Below are positions 34,804 to 49,083 of a DNA stretch of 64,000 bases, piece after piece. Within the stretch, counting starts at the first letter, position 1. The number at the start of each line of letters is the position of its first letter. The translations under genes were made by a program, and so were the position numbers. The notes below the pieces were generated by a model. That model did no database searches. It saw only the letters and a list, made by a program, of their open reading frames with translations, and was not told the origin of the DNA. This stretch comes from Octopus sinensis (Eukaryota), in the NCBI RefSeq assembly GCF_006345805.1, contig NC_042998.1:58962001-59026000 (forward strand). The letters are read 5' to 3'.

Positions 34804-37800
34804 TAAAGTTCCATTGAATATTAGTGACACATGTCGCCAAGGCAAACTGAGAGTACATATTCCAAAATAACCCCCGCAAAATTTATCTTTTATTAAAAGC
34901 AAAATATCGAAGAAATACTAAGCAGAAGAAAACAGCGAGAAAAAGAAGCTGAACAAAACTTCTAGCAGTCATTGACATAAGCGACAAGAAATCAAACAAT
35001 GACACGATTGGTGTCAGCAGAAACCGCATAGATTTAGATGAAAATTCTGGTTATATGGTGATGCATAGCATTTGGTTGCTGATGTAATAAAACGTGCTAG
35101 AAATTGTTGATGGAGAAGTTGAAAATATGATTACATTTAAGATTCCGTGAAAACTGGCAAAGTCTATCATTTTAAGAAAGAAAAAACCGCGAAAACTCTA
35201 TAAAATTCAGCAGAATGTCCATAATTTACGAATTTATTTTAATTTTTAGAATATCTAAAAAGCCTCGTGATCTACAAAATGACACAAAATGTTCCAAAAA
35301 CATCGGACAGAAGTAGAAAGCGGTGGTGAGTAATATTATATACATTTTTTATTTAGAGGAAGAAAGATGTTTTACAAATGTTCACTATCTTACAAAAACT
35401 ATACCAGCTAAGCAAATAACCTCGAAATTCATTAAAAATACTATAACATATTCGGAACACTCTACTAAAAAGATCTTTCCGTTCTCTTTGAGCATACAAC
35501 AGAAAAGTTTAGTTTGGACAAAATAAGTAAATTAAATTAATGTAAATTTAACTTTCCAGTTCTCCAGAATTACATTTGAAAAGGGATTGATACACATCAA
35601 TATCCCTCCTCAGACACCAGAAAGATCAAAAATACAACAAAAATTTAAAATATCTAAGTCAAATGAAGGAGGATCATACAAGAATGGTACATGATAGGAA
35701 ATTAATGGAATTTTACTAAATCTAAAAACTCGACATAAAATATTTTCTATAGCTTTTTAAACAATCTGCTGGAGGGGCTCGCTTCCCGATAATATTTATG
35801 CAACAAGCAGTTAAAGAGAAGAAATTGTTAAAGTAAATCATTACTCATACTGCCCCAAATTCACATGATTTCTTGTAAATTGAACATTAAGAACATTATT
35901 AGCAACTTCAAATACAATCGGGTTAAAGTTGAAGAATAATTTCTTGAAAAAAGGTAACAATCACCTGACTATGTTTCAAATACTTTCAATTTCAACAACA
36001 ATAACACTAACAACAACTATGCTGAAAAAGTTTTATTCCCGAAGATGATGCAAAAGAGCAAAGCGATGATGCAATACCTGCAGTATAATAGCTTGAAAGA
36101 TAGTAAAAATATCAGATATTACTCATTCTGCCCCACTTATCTATTTGACCTATCATCCCATAAAACTATGCTGTAAGTAAGGAACAGATGAGAAGTCAAT
36201 ATCCACAGAGGATTCTTCATCGAAAAAAAAAAAAGTAGTGAATGGGGAAGAGTTATGTGAAAATCTTTGTTGCCACTTAGGCAAAAACAAACAAAAAAAA
36301 TAGTTTGTGTGTGAGAAAGATGCCTTTCGGTATAGGCTCACACACTACGTTCTGAATTAAACTACCACTCTTCTTAACGGCCACTCTTCTGGAGTCGATA
36401 AGAGAAAGTACCATTCAAATAGTGATATCGGTGGCATAGACTTACTACCTCCCCTCAAAACTACGGGCTTTGTATCTAAACCTGAAACATTTATTTCAAC
36501 GTTATTACTTCATATTAGTGTATGTGTGAGTGTGTGTGTGTGTGTATATGTGCGTGCGCGCGAATGTGTAAGTGTGTGTATATGCGCATTTATACATTGG
36601 ACAGGCATCCCACAGTTTCTTTTCCCCATATTCCACTCTTAAGAGGCAAAAATAAATGATATCACTTTGCAAGCCTCTGTCCATTGGGATAGTTCACGTT
36701 ATCACATCTGTACAAAGACAACTTTTTAACAGAGAGTCACACGGTGCTTTATTTCCCATTAAAGTTAAAACTTTCTGAAGTGGTACATGATCTCCTCACC
36801 TATTTTGTATAATTGGATGCCCGGAAAAACTTTTGCATTTTGAGATTTGCTTTGAAGCCCATAATAACACACTTATGTATTGCAATAGTAGTTCAGTAAT
36901 AATTTCAGTAAGATGATAGAAAACTCCGTCCCACCAACAGAATAATCAAAAGCTGACTGAAGATTAGATACTAAGAAATTTTAGTGAGTACAGTTGAAGT
37001 AGTCAAGCAAAGAATCGTCTGACAAATACTCCAGCTATAACCAGCTATCTTTATCATGTTCTTCGAAAGGAAAGGTCTTTAAGCAGTTGCTCTTTATATC
37101 AAAAATTTTCTTGGAGATAAGAAGCATGTGGTTGCTACATTCAGCTTCTTCAAAATCTCTGAAGAAGATCCATTACCATTTTACCATTCTATGCTGCTGA
37201 TTATTCTTCAGCTACATAAACTAGGAACAAGTACAGTGAATTGATTCCTCAGAAATGATTTTGAACAAATATCAAGTTATATGTATCTATAACCAAGGAT
37301 CAGATATTCATAAGGAAATATTAAAAGCACAAACAAAATTCTTAAATAGAAACATCTGTTTGAGATGATTTCACTTGTTCACCTCTTTAGAAACAGACTA
37401 TTGAAGAAGGTCACTAATGATGTTCTCCTTGAACCGCCGTAAAGTTTGTTAACTAAACATATCAAAGCAAATTACTGACTTCAGAAAACTGGCGAACAAT
37501 TTCCTTTATTCCATTGAATGCATTTCATGAGATCCTTAAACGTAGAATGGTTTGTTAAACAAATATTAACCATAGATTTCTGGACTGAAGTAGATCTGAG
37601 TGCTATACAGTATTTTCTGCATTTCTTGAAAATCTTCAGCTGCATATTTAGAATATGTAAGTTTTAGATTAAACTCAATGTCATTAAGTTATTAATTTCT
37701 ATTGATTTCACATTGAAGAGGTAAATGAAAGAATTGGATAAACAACATTGCTCTGCGAGTGTTTCTAATATAGTTAAATTTTTTACTCACTGCTGCAAGG

Positions 37801-37863
37801 AAGTTAAATACTCGTTAATTACTCACTAACCTACCTTGCTATTCTTGCAGTTGCTGCTTTTGT

Positions 37864-37911
<48 letters not shown>

Positions 37912-37918
37912 CACCATC

Positions 37919-37952
<34 letters not shown>

Positions 37953-37963
37953 TCACCACCATC

Positions 37964-37998
<35 letters not shown>

Positions 37999-38049
37999 CA
38001 CCATCACTACTACTACTGTTGTTGTTGTTGTTATTATTATTATTATTGT

Positions 38050-39420
38050 ACAACCGGGATTGACTTTACATTTCATCGTCGCTAAAGTAAGTACCAATTA
38101 AGCACTGGGGGCCATGCAATCGACAAACCACCTTCATAAGTAATACACCTATTATTATAGGAATTATTTCTATTTTTTAGGCTTCACATTCAGGTTATCT
38201 CTATTTCCAGATTTTTCTATTTCGAGAGTTTCTCTTTTTTCTTTTACAGAGTCATTGTCATCTGCTGGTATTGATACATCAATTAGAAAGCATTTTTGGT
38301 TATCTCTGACAACTAATATGCGGTCTATTAGCCTTGAATACTCTATGTGTGTGCATTGGCATATCCCAGAGTATGGTTGCTTTCTCATTTTCTGAGACCT
38401 TTTCTTGGCTGTGCCTATATAATTTTTTCTGTTGTCATTCCATTGTTATGGTATAGCTTCCAATGTATATAAGTACTAACTCTGTCATATCTGTGAATAT
38501 ATTCCTTCTTAGCCAGGACTGGGTAACCAGATACAATGTGATTTATTTTGTTTCTTCCCCATCACCACATATTCTGCAGTTACTTATTGCATTTTCCCTC
38601 ATTATGTGTTTCTGGTGTTTTCTGGTGGGTTAAGCTTTGATCTTGTGCTGCAATTAAAAATATTGCAGTCTCTACTTTGAATCCTGGACTTCTCAACCAT
38701 TTTTGGGATTTCTACGTTGTCTATTTTTTCCTGTTTAGTTTATCCCAGTAATTGCCATGTAAGGACTTTCCTTGCCATTGTTTTATCATGGTATTTTGTT
38801 GTTCAAGTTTTAGTTTTGATTTCAGTTGTTTTACAACTTTTGTTGTTTCCTCTGTTTCCTCGTTGTTGTCAGCTACTCTGACTTCTTTCTTGTATATTTC
38901 AGGTTCCTTAAAGACAGATGTTTGTTTTGCTCGTGTTTTGTGGATATTTGTACCAGTTTCCGTTGCTTCTGAATGAGATATTTCTATAATCCTATCGCGG
39001 TTATTTATAATAAGTTTCTAGTTGTATAAGACCCCTACCACTTTCAATTCATTATAGATATAACCTTTCTATGTCAGATTTTGAGTGGTGCATCCTAAAT
39101 TCTGTCATAATTGTTTTTTTGTTTTCCTGTCTAGTTTGGTTAGTTCATTTATAGTCCAATTAGGAATATAACTGTAACTTATAACTGAGTCAACTAGTGT
39201 TGATATCTAGTATCTTGTTTTTCGAATTGAGCTCTGTGTTAAGAATTAATCTAACTCGTCTATAGTATTCTTTTCTTACTTTCTCTTTCATTTGTGTGTG
39301 TTGTTAATTGATTGCTAAGTATTTGTATGTCTGGATTTGGTCTAATTCTCTTATTTTATTTGCTGTATCTAGTGTGGTATTATTACTCTTAACTAGATTT
39401 CCTCTTTCCAAGAGTGATTT
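38050..39420 (-). mobile_element. R4/Dong-type RLE LINE 3' portion, degenerate, ending in (AAT)n/(AGT)n tract
   Basis: QWQGKSLHGNYW...AAQDQSL...HIVSGYPVLAKKEYIHRYDRV..YIHW...DRILVVRDNQKCFLIDVSIPADDN; microsatellite 37826-38050 at the 3' end. Confidence 0.85.
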
Positions 39421-39429
39421 GGCACATCT

Positions 39430-39960
39430 TTCTAATTAAAATTTCATGTTTATTTCTTTAGTAAATCCACACACTGTCTGTAGAAATGTTCCTCTACCAA
39501 AGATGAATGTATATGTCCTCATGCCTTTCAGCTTTGTCCACCAAACAACGCCTTTCGCCACAGCCACCAGGCAAAGGAAAACTCCTTTGCTTGCCCGATT
39601 GAAGAAGTACGGCGTTGCAATCATCACTATAAACTCAGCTGAAAGACGGTTTCGTCACTCTGCGCGCACCTTGGGGAAGCCCGTCTGATAGCCCATCCAT
39701 GCCTGTAGAGTTTATCTTGAACTGGTAGCGCTCCCCACTAGCACTGCCAGGTCAAGAACACCTGGAAATTATCCACGATAGTTTCCGATCTGAAAGTCCC
39801 CCGGAACAGACTAGCCAGTTCATTCTCGTCGGCGCTCAGAGTCTCATTGAGAACGTCGTCGCACTTCCTCGTCACTAATCGTCTATAAATTTCTAAAGCG
39901 AAACATCTACCGATCCCATTGCCCGACTGATAGAGGGCTGTGAGTGCCTGATAACATTCT
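39430..39960 (-). mobile_element. Tx1/L1-clade ORF2 C-terminal fragment related to 29870-30595
   Basis: GVFLCLVAVAKGVVWWTKLKGMRTYTFIFGRG aligns with ACFFCVVAILKETVWKTRLKGIVTDNFVSGQG. Confidence 0.75.
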
Positions 39961-40039
39961 AGTCAAACGCCCAGTCTGGAATAATAATAATGTTAATTAT
40001 GGGAAGTAGTAGACTCAATGGAAAAAAAAACAAAATAAG

Positions 40040-41700
40040 GCAATGAACACATGGGCTGTTTTCTTCCGTAATGTGATACAGCACAGGTGTTGTTAGGTGA
40101 ACAAAGAACGAGCTTGAGAAAACGGACAGGAATACTAGAGAAGTGATGACAATTTACAAAGAAGTACGCCACAAAAGCGATACTGACAGGCTGTATGTGC
40201 CTAGAGACTGAAGGGGAAGAGGTCTCATAGGATGCAAGATCTGTGTTGTCAACGAGGAGAACAGTCGTGGATAGTACATCAAACAATAGAGTGAGTCCTT
40301 GCTTGCCACTGTTAGAATTAACAATATAATTCCTACCGAAAATGCGATGCACCCACAAACATCTCTATATCTATAAACGGCAAAAATGTCTGTGTATTTG
40401 TGTGTCTGTGTATCATTTATACAAAACCAGTTTTTCACGTAAAAGGCTCGCATTTTCTATGGGCTTTCGTGAAGATCTTTTTATTTCTCCAGTAACCACA
40501 GAAAGCCATTAAAAAATCGATAAACCGACTTCATAATCCCAGCAGTTGAATGCGCGTGCGCATTTGCAGACAGTTTGTATGACTCAGCGTATTTTGTATC
40601 TTACGATGTTTTGGCTTTCAAACGTGCACACTTTTTTGATTTGAGAAATGCACGGAATAATTAACGAGTTAGACCAAGTGAATGACAAGAGAGCGAGATT
40701 TTCATGAAATACCAAATATGCTTGACTAGCACTAGACCCGGCAACGCCGGGCCATAGAGCTAGTTTAAGAAATAAGATAAAGAAGAAACAGTAAACAATT
40801 GGAAAATCAAACCACTGCAAGGTCAATAACCCAGAGACATCGAAGGAAAAGGTAAGTTCAACACTTGGAGATGGCTAAGAAAAAGTAATCTGAAAGAATG
40901 CACAGAAGCATTGATATGCAGAATCCAAGAACGAGTTCTGAGAACTAATTACAACAAATTCCAAATAGACAAGAATAGCAAATCACCCCATGTAGGATGT
41001 GTGGAAACAGAAAGGAAACAATCTCACATATTGTGAGTGTAGGAAGCTAGTCCAAAAGCGTTACAAATGGAGGCACGACAACGTGGCTAGGTTCGTGCAC
41101 TGGAGGTTATGTGAAAAGTGTGGCCTGAACAGAACACGGAAATGCTATATACATGAACCAGAAGGAGTCACCAGAAACAGGGAACATAAGATACTGTGGA
41201 ATTTTACAATCCAATGTGACTCCCTAATCGATGTTCGGAGACCAGGTATTGTTGTGGTAGATAAAGGAAAAAAGGAAACCAAGATCATAGATATTGCAAT
41301 ACCTGGAAATGAAAGCATAAATAACAAAGAACTAGAAAAGTTTGAAAAGTACAGACTACTGAAAGACGAAATTGCAAGAATGTGGACTATGAGGAGTGTG
41401 TCTGTCATTCCAGTAGTTGCAGGGGCATCAGTGCACTAACAATCAAGTTCGAGATATATGTCAAAGAAATCGGAATTGACATGAGAACAGAGTAAACCCA
41501 AAATCTACTCTGCTGGGGACAGCTAGGCCTTTGAGATTGTTAATTGGATGTTAAATGTCTCCCACGATAATCATATATCCACGATAACATATAATGTGAA
41601 GAAAGAGATACTGTGAGACTTCTGGCGGCAGGCTGCTGCCCGCTCTCACAGAATATATCAGTACGAACAAGACCGAACGTTCTGAGAAGTAAAACAATAA
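40040..41700 (+). mobile_element. R4/Dong-type RLE LINE 3' portion interrupted by a Helitron
   Basis: DRNTREVMT...KSDTDRLYVPR..RGL; after the insert WKIKPLQGQ...CRMCG..KETISHIV.ECRKLVQKRYKWRHDNVARFVHW...RRPGIVVVDK..KIIDIAIPG; degenerate (AAT)n tail at ~41695. Confidence 0.9.
40362..40763 (+). mobile_element. Non-autonomous Helitron, 402 bp
   Basis: A|TC start, 3' hairpin cccggc-aac-gccggg followed by CTAG|T, no TSD; removing it rejoins the LINE frame (cca caa aca|ttt aag aaa). Confidence 0.9.
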
Positions 41701-41734
41701 CAATAGTGATAATAATAATAGTAATAATAATGAT

Positions 41735-41900
41735 TTCATTTATTTGCCACAAGGGCGCAGAATGAGGGGGACAATACAAAGACAGACACAAAGTGTGGGG
41801 GTTTACATATAATGAAATTATAAATTTAAAAATAAAAAGAGACTAAGTGCACACGGTATACACTGAAAAAGAGGGGACATATACATAGTATACAAGAGTT
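41735..41900 (-). mobile_element. Tx1-type 3' UTR fragment
   Basis: Minus: tttgtgtctgtctttgtattgtcccctcattctgcgcccttgtggcaaataaatgaaatc, homologous to 30537-30595. Confidence 0.65.
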
Positions 41901-41984
41901 AAAAAAGGGCCAATAATAACGACAACAAGAAAAACAACACCAACAACATTAATAATAACAACAACAACAAAAATAGTAATAAGT

Positions 41985-42499
41985 TTTAAGCGCAGAATTT
42001 GTGGACAAAATGGTGAAACCGTATGGCATATTACCAGTCAATGTACGGCACTAGCCCAGGGAGAATATAAGAGACATCATGACAACATAGCAAGGCGAAA
42101 ATGATAATGCAAACATAGTGTTAATTGAGAAAGAAAGCACACGATTCTGGATCACAGATATAGCATGCCCAGCTGACAACAAGGTATGGAATAAGGAAGA
42201 AAGAAAAGTCGATAGATATGACATGCTGGCTTGGTTAAGCAGTTGTGGTCGCTGAAAAAGGTGGTAGTAGTACCAATAATTATAGGAGCACTGGGAACAG
42301 TGAGTAAAATCGTGAGAAGTACATGAAACAAAAGGGAGCTGCAATAAGGGTTGAGCACTTGTAGAAAACAGCACTGCTTGTAACTGTTCGAATACTCCGG
42401 ATGGTGCTCGAAAAATAAGGGGTCTTATCTTAGTTCACTGGTAGTGAACAGCTGACACCGTAGTACATCTCCAACGTTAGAAGCTGTGCAAATACAATG

Positions 42500-42563
<64 letters not shown>

Positions 42564-42578
42564 TAATAATAATAATGA
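41985..42578 (+). mobile_element. R4/Dong-type LINE 3' end (internally deleted) with (AAT)n tail
   Basis: RICGQNGETVWHITSQCTALAQGEYKRHHDNIAR...DIACPAD...VVVPIIIGALGTV...ILRMVLEK*; (AAT)n 42499-42578. Confidence 0.85.
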
Positions 42579-42589
42579 TAGAACTCGTG

Positions 42590-42870
42590 ATAGGACTCCG
42601 TAGGCACAGTGGTAACAACTTTTCAGTGTCCGACGGAATTGCAAAATTGGAAGATCCCAGTATAGGATGGGATCCAAGAGTATTGGATGAAGAAGCTGAG
42701 AGAGCTCCATGAAAGGATAGCACAACAGCTAGATGAGTGCTTGAAGGAAGGCGCAGTACCCAGTTGGATGACAGAGGGAAATACATTATTATGTGCCAAA
42801 GATCTTGAAAAGGGAAATGTTTCATCCAACTTTATACAAATGATATGCCTTCCGCTTATGTGTGTGAGTA
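42590..42870 (+). mobile_element. R4-type RT N-terminal fragment
   Basis: NWKIP...LHERIAQQLDECLKEGAVPSWMTEGNTLLCAKDLEKGNVSSNF...CLP. Confidence 0.8.
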
Positions 42871-43339
42871 ACTCCTAAATCACTAATTTATAATATTTAT
42901 GATTATCCGCCACTGTTCTTTCGCTTGGTTTTGTTATGGATTCCGTTAATCATTATTATTATTGTTGTTGTTGTTGTTCTTCTTCTTATTATTATTTTTG
43001 AGCGAGAGAGTAGTGCATGCCATTAAAATTACTATGGAGTACAAGTATACGAAGCCCAATATACTCATCATGACTACCTGTCTGATAAGAGTACACCAGG
43101 TACATGCAAAATAACCATATGTGCGCGAGATGGTGATCTCATATCAAGATAAACAATGCATGTACTTGCAGGTGGTGCCCAGTTAGAATTTTCTTCAGAT
43201 CGAATAGCCCACACACAAACACACACACACATACACACACATACACACACACATACACACACATACACACATATATACATACATACATACATACATACAT
43301 ACATACATACATACATACATACATACATACGTACATACA

Positions 43340-43485
43340 TACGGCGGGCTCTTTATGTTTCCGTCTACCAAATCCACTCACAAGGCTTTGGTCGGCCAGA
43401 GGCAATAGTAGAAGATACTGGGACTGAACCCGGAACATATGTGGTTGGTAAGCAAGCTACTTTCCACACAGCCATTCCTACGCCT
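43340..43485 (-). mobile_element. SINE family 1 head fragment
   Basis: ccgtctaccaaatccactcacaaggctttggtcgg...gggactgaacccggaacatatgtggttggtaagc. Confidence 0.8.
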
Positions 43486-43835
43486 ATTGGTTACTATTTA
43501 CTGATCGGTAGTATGGATTACCGGAAATTAAGCGTATTGGCAGTGCTGCTGCTGAGATACGATCCTTCGAATCTTTGTTTCGATTATACTCAACCACAGG
43601 ATCGCAGATGTTTTACTTAGAACAACTGCTTCAGATATCACTGCTAAAGCGTTTTGTCCCGGATGATTCTTTCAGCGTCGATATGTCTCACGTGACGTGC
43701 TTGCAAAGCATTATCTTAATTGTCTCGTGGTTTAATCACAGCATATTTCAACCGTATGCCTTTAATCAATATCCTTTCTCTCTATATAGATATATATATA
43801 AATATATATTGACTGAGAGAGAGAAAGATAGATAA

Positions 43836-43867
<32 letters not shown>

Positions 43868-43872
43868 GTAGG

Positions 43873-43938
<66 letters not shown>

Positions 43939-44588
43939 TAGATAGATAGACACACATACATATTTATCTTCTTCGCGTTCATACTCTTCGGTCTTTGCCT
44001 TTTGCGTTTTACAGAAACCTCTCGATAAATGGATCTACACGGCTATTCTTAATACCGGCTGCAAATCTATGGATTTGTAACTTCTTAGAAAGATCTACAT
44101 GAAAAGGAGCATCATATCCAAAGAGATTACCAATGTATTCATTCACACTTTTACTTTTTCTTCTTTCTTAAATACACTCAGTAAATGTATGAAAATACGT
44201 TGTCTTAGAAGTGAGTGTGTTCAACGAATAGAAATGGTATCGAGAACAGTCATTCATTTTCATTTCTAATGATTTGTTATAGAAGATTGTTGTAGCCTTT
44301 CGGTTACAACTTTCAGAAAATGTAAAATAAGCTCGAATCTCTCGGGTTACAATCAGAAGAAATATGAGAAAACCGATATCAGTGTATCATTTTATATTAC
44401 TTATTGTCTGATAGTCTTACTACTTCTCTTCTTGCCACTCCTCTGATCTCTCTAACGTCAAACTCCAATAAGAAACATTTTCCTCAGTTGTATAACCCAG
44501 AGCGATATCTTTCTGGAATTGTCTCCTTCGTCCATTTTCCCAAAACGCATCGACATTATTATTATTATTATTATTATGAATAATAATA

Positions 44589-44642
<54 letters not shown>

Positions 44643-44789
44643 TAATAATAATTGACCTTTTTCGTGCCTTTAAAAATAGGCACGAACATTCCTGACAACA
44701 AAAGTAAAAACAAAGGTAAAGCAAATGTAAAAGGAAAGGTAAAAACAATACTGTAATATCATAGATTTTTGAAATACCATATGATAATA

Positions 44790-45092
44790 GAATGGATAGC
44801 AAAGAGGAATATTAGAACCTAACCCGAGAGATGAAGAGGTTATGAAACAAAAAAGCTACAATTGTTCCTTTGGTATGTAGTGCGTTCTGCACAACACCCA
44901 AATTGCTACCCAAGTGGCAGAAGGATTTTGAAATTGAAACACACATTATTGACTTGCAGAAAGGTGCCATTTTGTATTCCAAGAAAGATTCATGATATTT
45001 GAAGAGAATTGTTGTCAGCAAATCTCAGGATAACATCGCCGCTAATTAAATTAGCATGTACATGTAATAACTTTAGAATAATAATGATGATA

Positions 45093-45161
<69 letters not shown>

Positions 45162-45178
45162 TAACAATAATAATGATG

Positions 45179-45213
<35 letters not shown>

Positions 45214-45228
45214 TAATAATAATAATAA

Positions 45229-45230
<2 letters not shown>
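44790..45230 (+). mobile_element. R4/Dong-type LINE extreme 3' end with long (AAT)n tail, followed by (GAA)n/(AAC)n tracts
   Basis: KEEY.NLTREMKRL.NKKATIVPLV...TPKLLPKWQK..EIET.IIDLQKGAILYS. Confidence 0.75.
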
Positions 45231-45259
<29 letters not shown>

Positions 45260-45383
45260 AAGAAGAAAAAGAAGGAGAAGAAGAAGAAGAAGAAGAAGAA
45301 GAACAACAACAACAACAATAATAGCAGCAACTACAACAAAAACAACAGCAACCACAACAACAACAATAATAATAATAATAATA

Positions 45384-45447
<64 letters not shown>

Positions 45448-45854
45448 AAGAAGAAGAAGAAGAAGAAGAGAAGAATGTATTAATAATCGTCAGTTTGCAA
45501 GATCGATGAAATTAGTCTTATGAACTATTACTGTTACATGTCTTATGGACTAAAGAAAATTCATTAGTAGAAAGACTAAGTTCCGTGTTAATACGACAGA
45601 GAATTACTTTGATATTTTATAACAAGTTGATGTGTTGCAGACCAGTGCCACGTCCTATGTATAGGTTACGTTCCACCTGTCTGATTTTCCCAAAGGAATC
45701 TTCTAAGCTGTCGCTAAAAATAAAGACACGCTGGATTAAGTAGTTTTAGATACCCTAGTCTGAAGAACGGGAGGCATAATCATGGGGATGAAACGCCCTT
45801 GGTCATGTATCTGTTTGATAAGGTTTACCCCAGAGGACAACTGGTACGTCGATT

Positions 45855-46145
45855 ATGATAATTGGGGTTCCAGTTGATCCGATCAATGAAATTAACGTGT
45901 AAGCGGTTGAGCACTCATTCCACAGACACGTCTACTTTTAACGAAGTTCTCAGGGATATTTAGCGCGACACAGTATGTGATAAGGCTGGTCCTTTCAATT
46001 ACAGGTACAACTAATTTTGGCCATTTGAATGAAGTGGAGTAATGTGAAATAAAGTGTCTTGCTCATAGACACAACATGCCGCCGAGAATCGAACTGACGA
46101 CCTTACTATTGTGAGCCGATTACCCCAACCACTAAGCCACGCACC
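45855..46145 (-). mobile_element. tRNA-derived SINE, CORE-like family
   Basis: Minus head gtggcttagtggttgggg...gttcgattctcggc, central tgagcaagacactttatttcac. Confidence 0.75.
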
Positions 46146-46649
46146 TTCATACATGAGGATAAACAATAAGAAATCAACGAAACGTACTTCACACTGGTAC
46201 ACGACATCAGAACCCAGCCGGAAAGCTATATCAGCTAATGAGAAGCACTCATTATCGTCTCTCGAACTGCTAGAAATAACAGATAAATTTCAATCAACTG
46301 AACTTTTTTTCTTTCATAAAAAGGCAGAAGATTAAAAATTAACTATTGGGATACTGTCCAAGTAAGGTAAAGTATGAAAGAGTGTCAGGAAAATCATCAG
46401 AGATTGTACACCAATGTGATATTAGCGACTTTGAGAGATTAATTGTATGTTGTCCAAGAGAAATGATCTTGAAGTATAAAACTGCTACATGTATTATTAT
46501 TGTGACTTTGTGTTGTTTAAAGATACGAGATTTTCATGACTACATTGAAGCATTATATTGTCGAGACTTCTGTGCTTAGTACACGCTCGGTGTGTAGAGT
46601 CTAGTATTCAAGTTTTTTGTCGGCACTAATCTTGAAGAACATCCTGAAA

Positions 46650-47480
46650 ATGGGGAGCCAAACCGAACGTTATCAACACCACATGCTGCAAGAAAGCAGC
46701 GGAAACCTGCAGGAAGATATGCGCTGTGTACGGAGAGGCTGCTGTTACAGTGATTTTCAAGATTCGATCTGAAATTTTTCGCTTCAAGATTCACCGCATT
46801 TTGGCCGGTTAACTGAGATTAACTGCAGCACCAACGTCACTCCCACCCTGTTATACGACCAGAATTGTCGAGGATATTCTCTAGATATCCAAACGGAGTG
46901 TGGAAAACGATCTACGCCAACTTGGTTACGTCAACAGGCTCGATGTTTTGGTTCTGCATCAATTGAAGAAGGTTAACATCGCCCAATGGATTTCCATCTG
47001 TTATTCATTACAGAGACGTGAAGTAAACGTTCTTTTCTTGTAAGAAATAGTGACACGGAACCAAAAGTGGATCGTCTGTAATAATGTGAAGCCCAAACGA
47101 TCATGGGGGAAGATCGGCGAACTACTACAAAGGTTCTCGAGAGCAGGAATTCACCCAAAGATGGTTATGCTTACAATTTAGTACTATTAGAAGCTTTTAC
47201 AAGCTTCTCCTGCACTGCCATCAATTCGGATGTGTTTTGTGACCAGTTGGACGAATTAAGCGCAGCGATCCCCCAGAAGCGTTCAACACTTGCTAATCGT
47301 TAGGGCACTGCCGATCATACAATCATGTCGGCCCATATAATTATTTGCAGATAAGGAAGATGTTCCCAGGAGCCTGGCTGGGAAATTTTGCCGTTCTCTT
47401 ACACCTTCAGATTTCCACTGGTTTCAGTTTCTTCAAAATGCATGGAATAGACAGATCTTCAACTTTAAAGAGGTCATAGC
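46650..47480 (+). mobile_element. Degenerate mariner transposase relic
   Basis: VYGEAAV...LGYVNRLDVLVLHQL...EIVT..QKWIV.NNVK.KRSW...INSDVFCDQLDEL..AI..KR..LANR. Confidence 0.7.
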
Positions 47481-47566
47481 TGTGTGGTTAAGAAACTCAG
47501 TATAGCTTTGAACCGACCAATGCCGAGTGAGTGAATTTGATAAACGGCAACTATGCGGAAGTCCGT

Positions 47567-47649
<83 letters not shown>

Positions 47650-47714
47650 CATATATATATTGTACACACAGACACACACACAGACACACGCACTCTGACA
47701 CATACACACACACG

Positions 47715-47748
<34 letters not shown>

Positions 47749-49024
47749 TGTATGTATGTATGTGCTGATGTCGATTTCTTCCGCTAAAACTCTTCAACGA
47801 CGGGCTATATTCGAATGGCGGAAACAAGTAAAAGATAAAAGATTATAGATCACATTTTTCTGTGATTCAGAAACGTCTACGTGTTTGTTAATGTGTATTC
47901 CAAGGTCAGACTCGACTAAGCAGATCTATGATTAATGGCTATTCATTTATGACCATCTCTTCTCATTTCGAGCGATAACTGTCTACGATTTCATTATGCA
48001 AGATATGCATTTTGAAAACTTCAGGATGCAGTTTGAAGTAGATTTATATACTATTTCAAGCAGATTGAGCAATCACTCGCTCCTTCCATTTTTTATAAGA
48101 ATAATGTAGATAACCAGAGCAATAAAATTGTAAAAGCGAGAATACTTAACCTTTATTGATTTTGATATTCATACGGACCCAATAGAGAATCAAAATATAA
48201 CACTGACTTTGATAACTGATAACCTATAACTACACTGATTTATACTCAGTACGTTATATGTTAAAATAATGATTGTTCCTAATATATAGTAGGCAAAATG
48301 CAGTTGTTGGGATGTCATCGTCACATTGCGGCGTGTATACTGGGCAAACTTGGGGGAACTTATGTCGTTCTCCCTGAGTCTGAATGTAGCTGAGAGAGAG
48401 TTGGGTGGAGACAGAAAAAGTGAAGGAAGGAGAGAGATGTGGAACAGTTACTGCAAAGTAATTTATCCGACAGGCGCTCTAATGACTCTGTTCATTAGAT
48501 ACTTTATATGGTCTAGCACAAGGCTAGCCGTTTTAAGAGAGAGAGGTAAGTTGATTACATCAACTCGAGTACTTGAATGCCAAGGTTCCCTTCAAGGTTG
48601 ATAAAAAAATCACTAATCCAAGGCAGTGAATCAGCGCAAGTGTTTGAGCGTGGACTATGAGGTTTTGTAGTATCTAATCTGACGTTTTGTGTTCTGAAAG
48701 CAACGCCTGCGACGACATTGAAGCTCATTTTGTCATCTCTAAGGCATTGGACTTTCCCTTGCATAACATTAGTGGTGTGAAGAGAGCTGGTGTGAGTGCA
48801 TGGTCAGAATTCCAGTTACATAATTAGCTTTTTCCCACAGTGACCCTAAATCAATACTGGTCATGGTTCCGCGACTAGAGTTATATATTCAAATTGGAGA
48901 CATCATTACATAAGTAACCTCTCAATTGGTACAGTACCGAGCGAAACGATTTATACTCAATGACAGCCGAGATTCTCCATCCGAAGTAAATTATTAATTT
49001 TTGATAATTCTGTGTGTAACTGTT

Positions 49025-49083
<59 letters not shown>

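Noticed and set aside
35150-36000. Possible very old Penelope-like RT relic on the plus strand
   Set aside because: Only vague resemblance with no intact RT motif; needs a profile search (tblastn/HMMER) to support.
43950-44110. Candidate ADRA1 5'UTR exon/promoter (minus-strand donor-like at|gtatgt)
   Set aside because: Donor-like motifs are common next to microsatellites; no independent support without transcript data.
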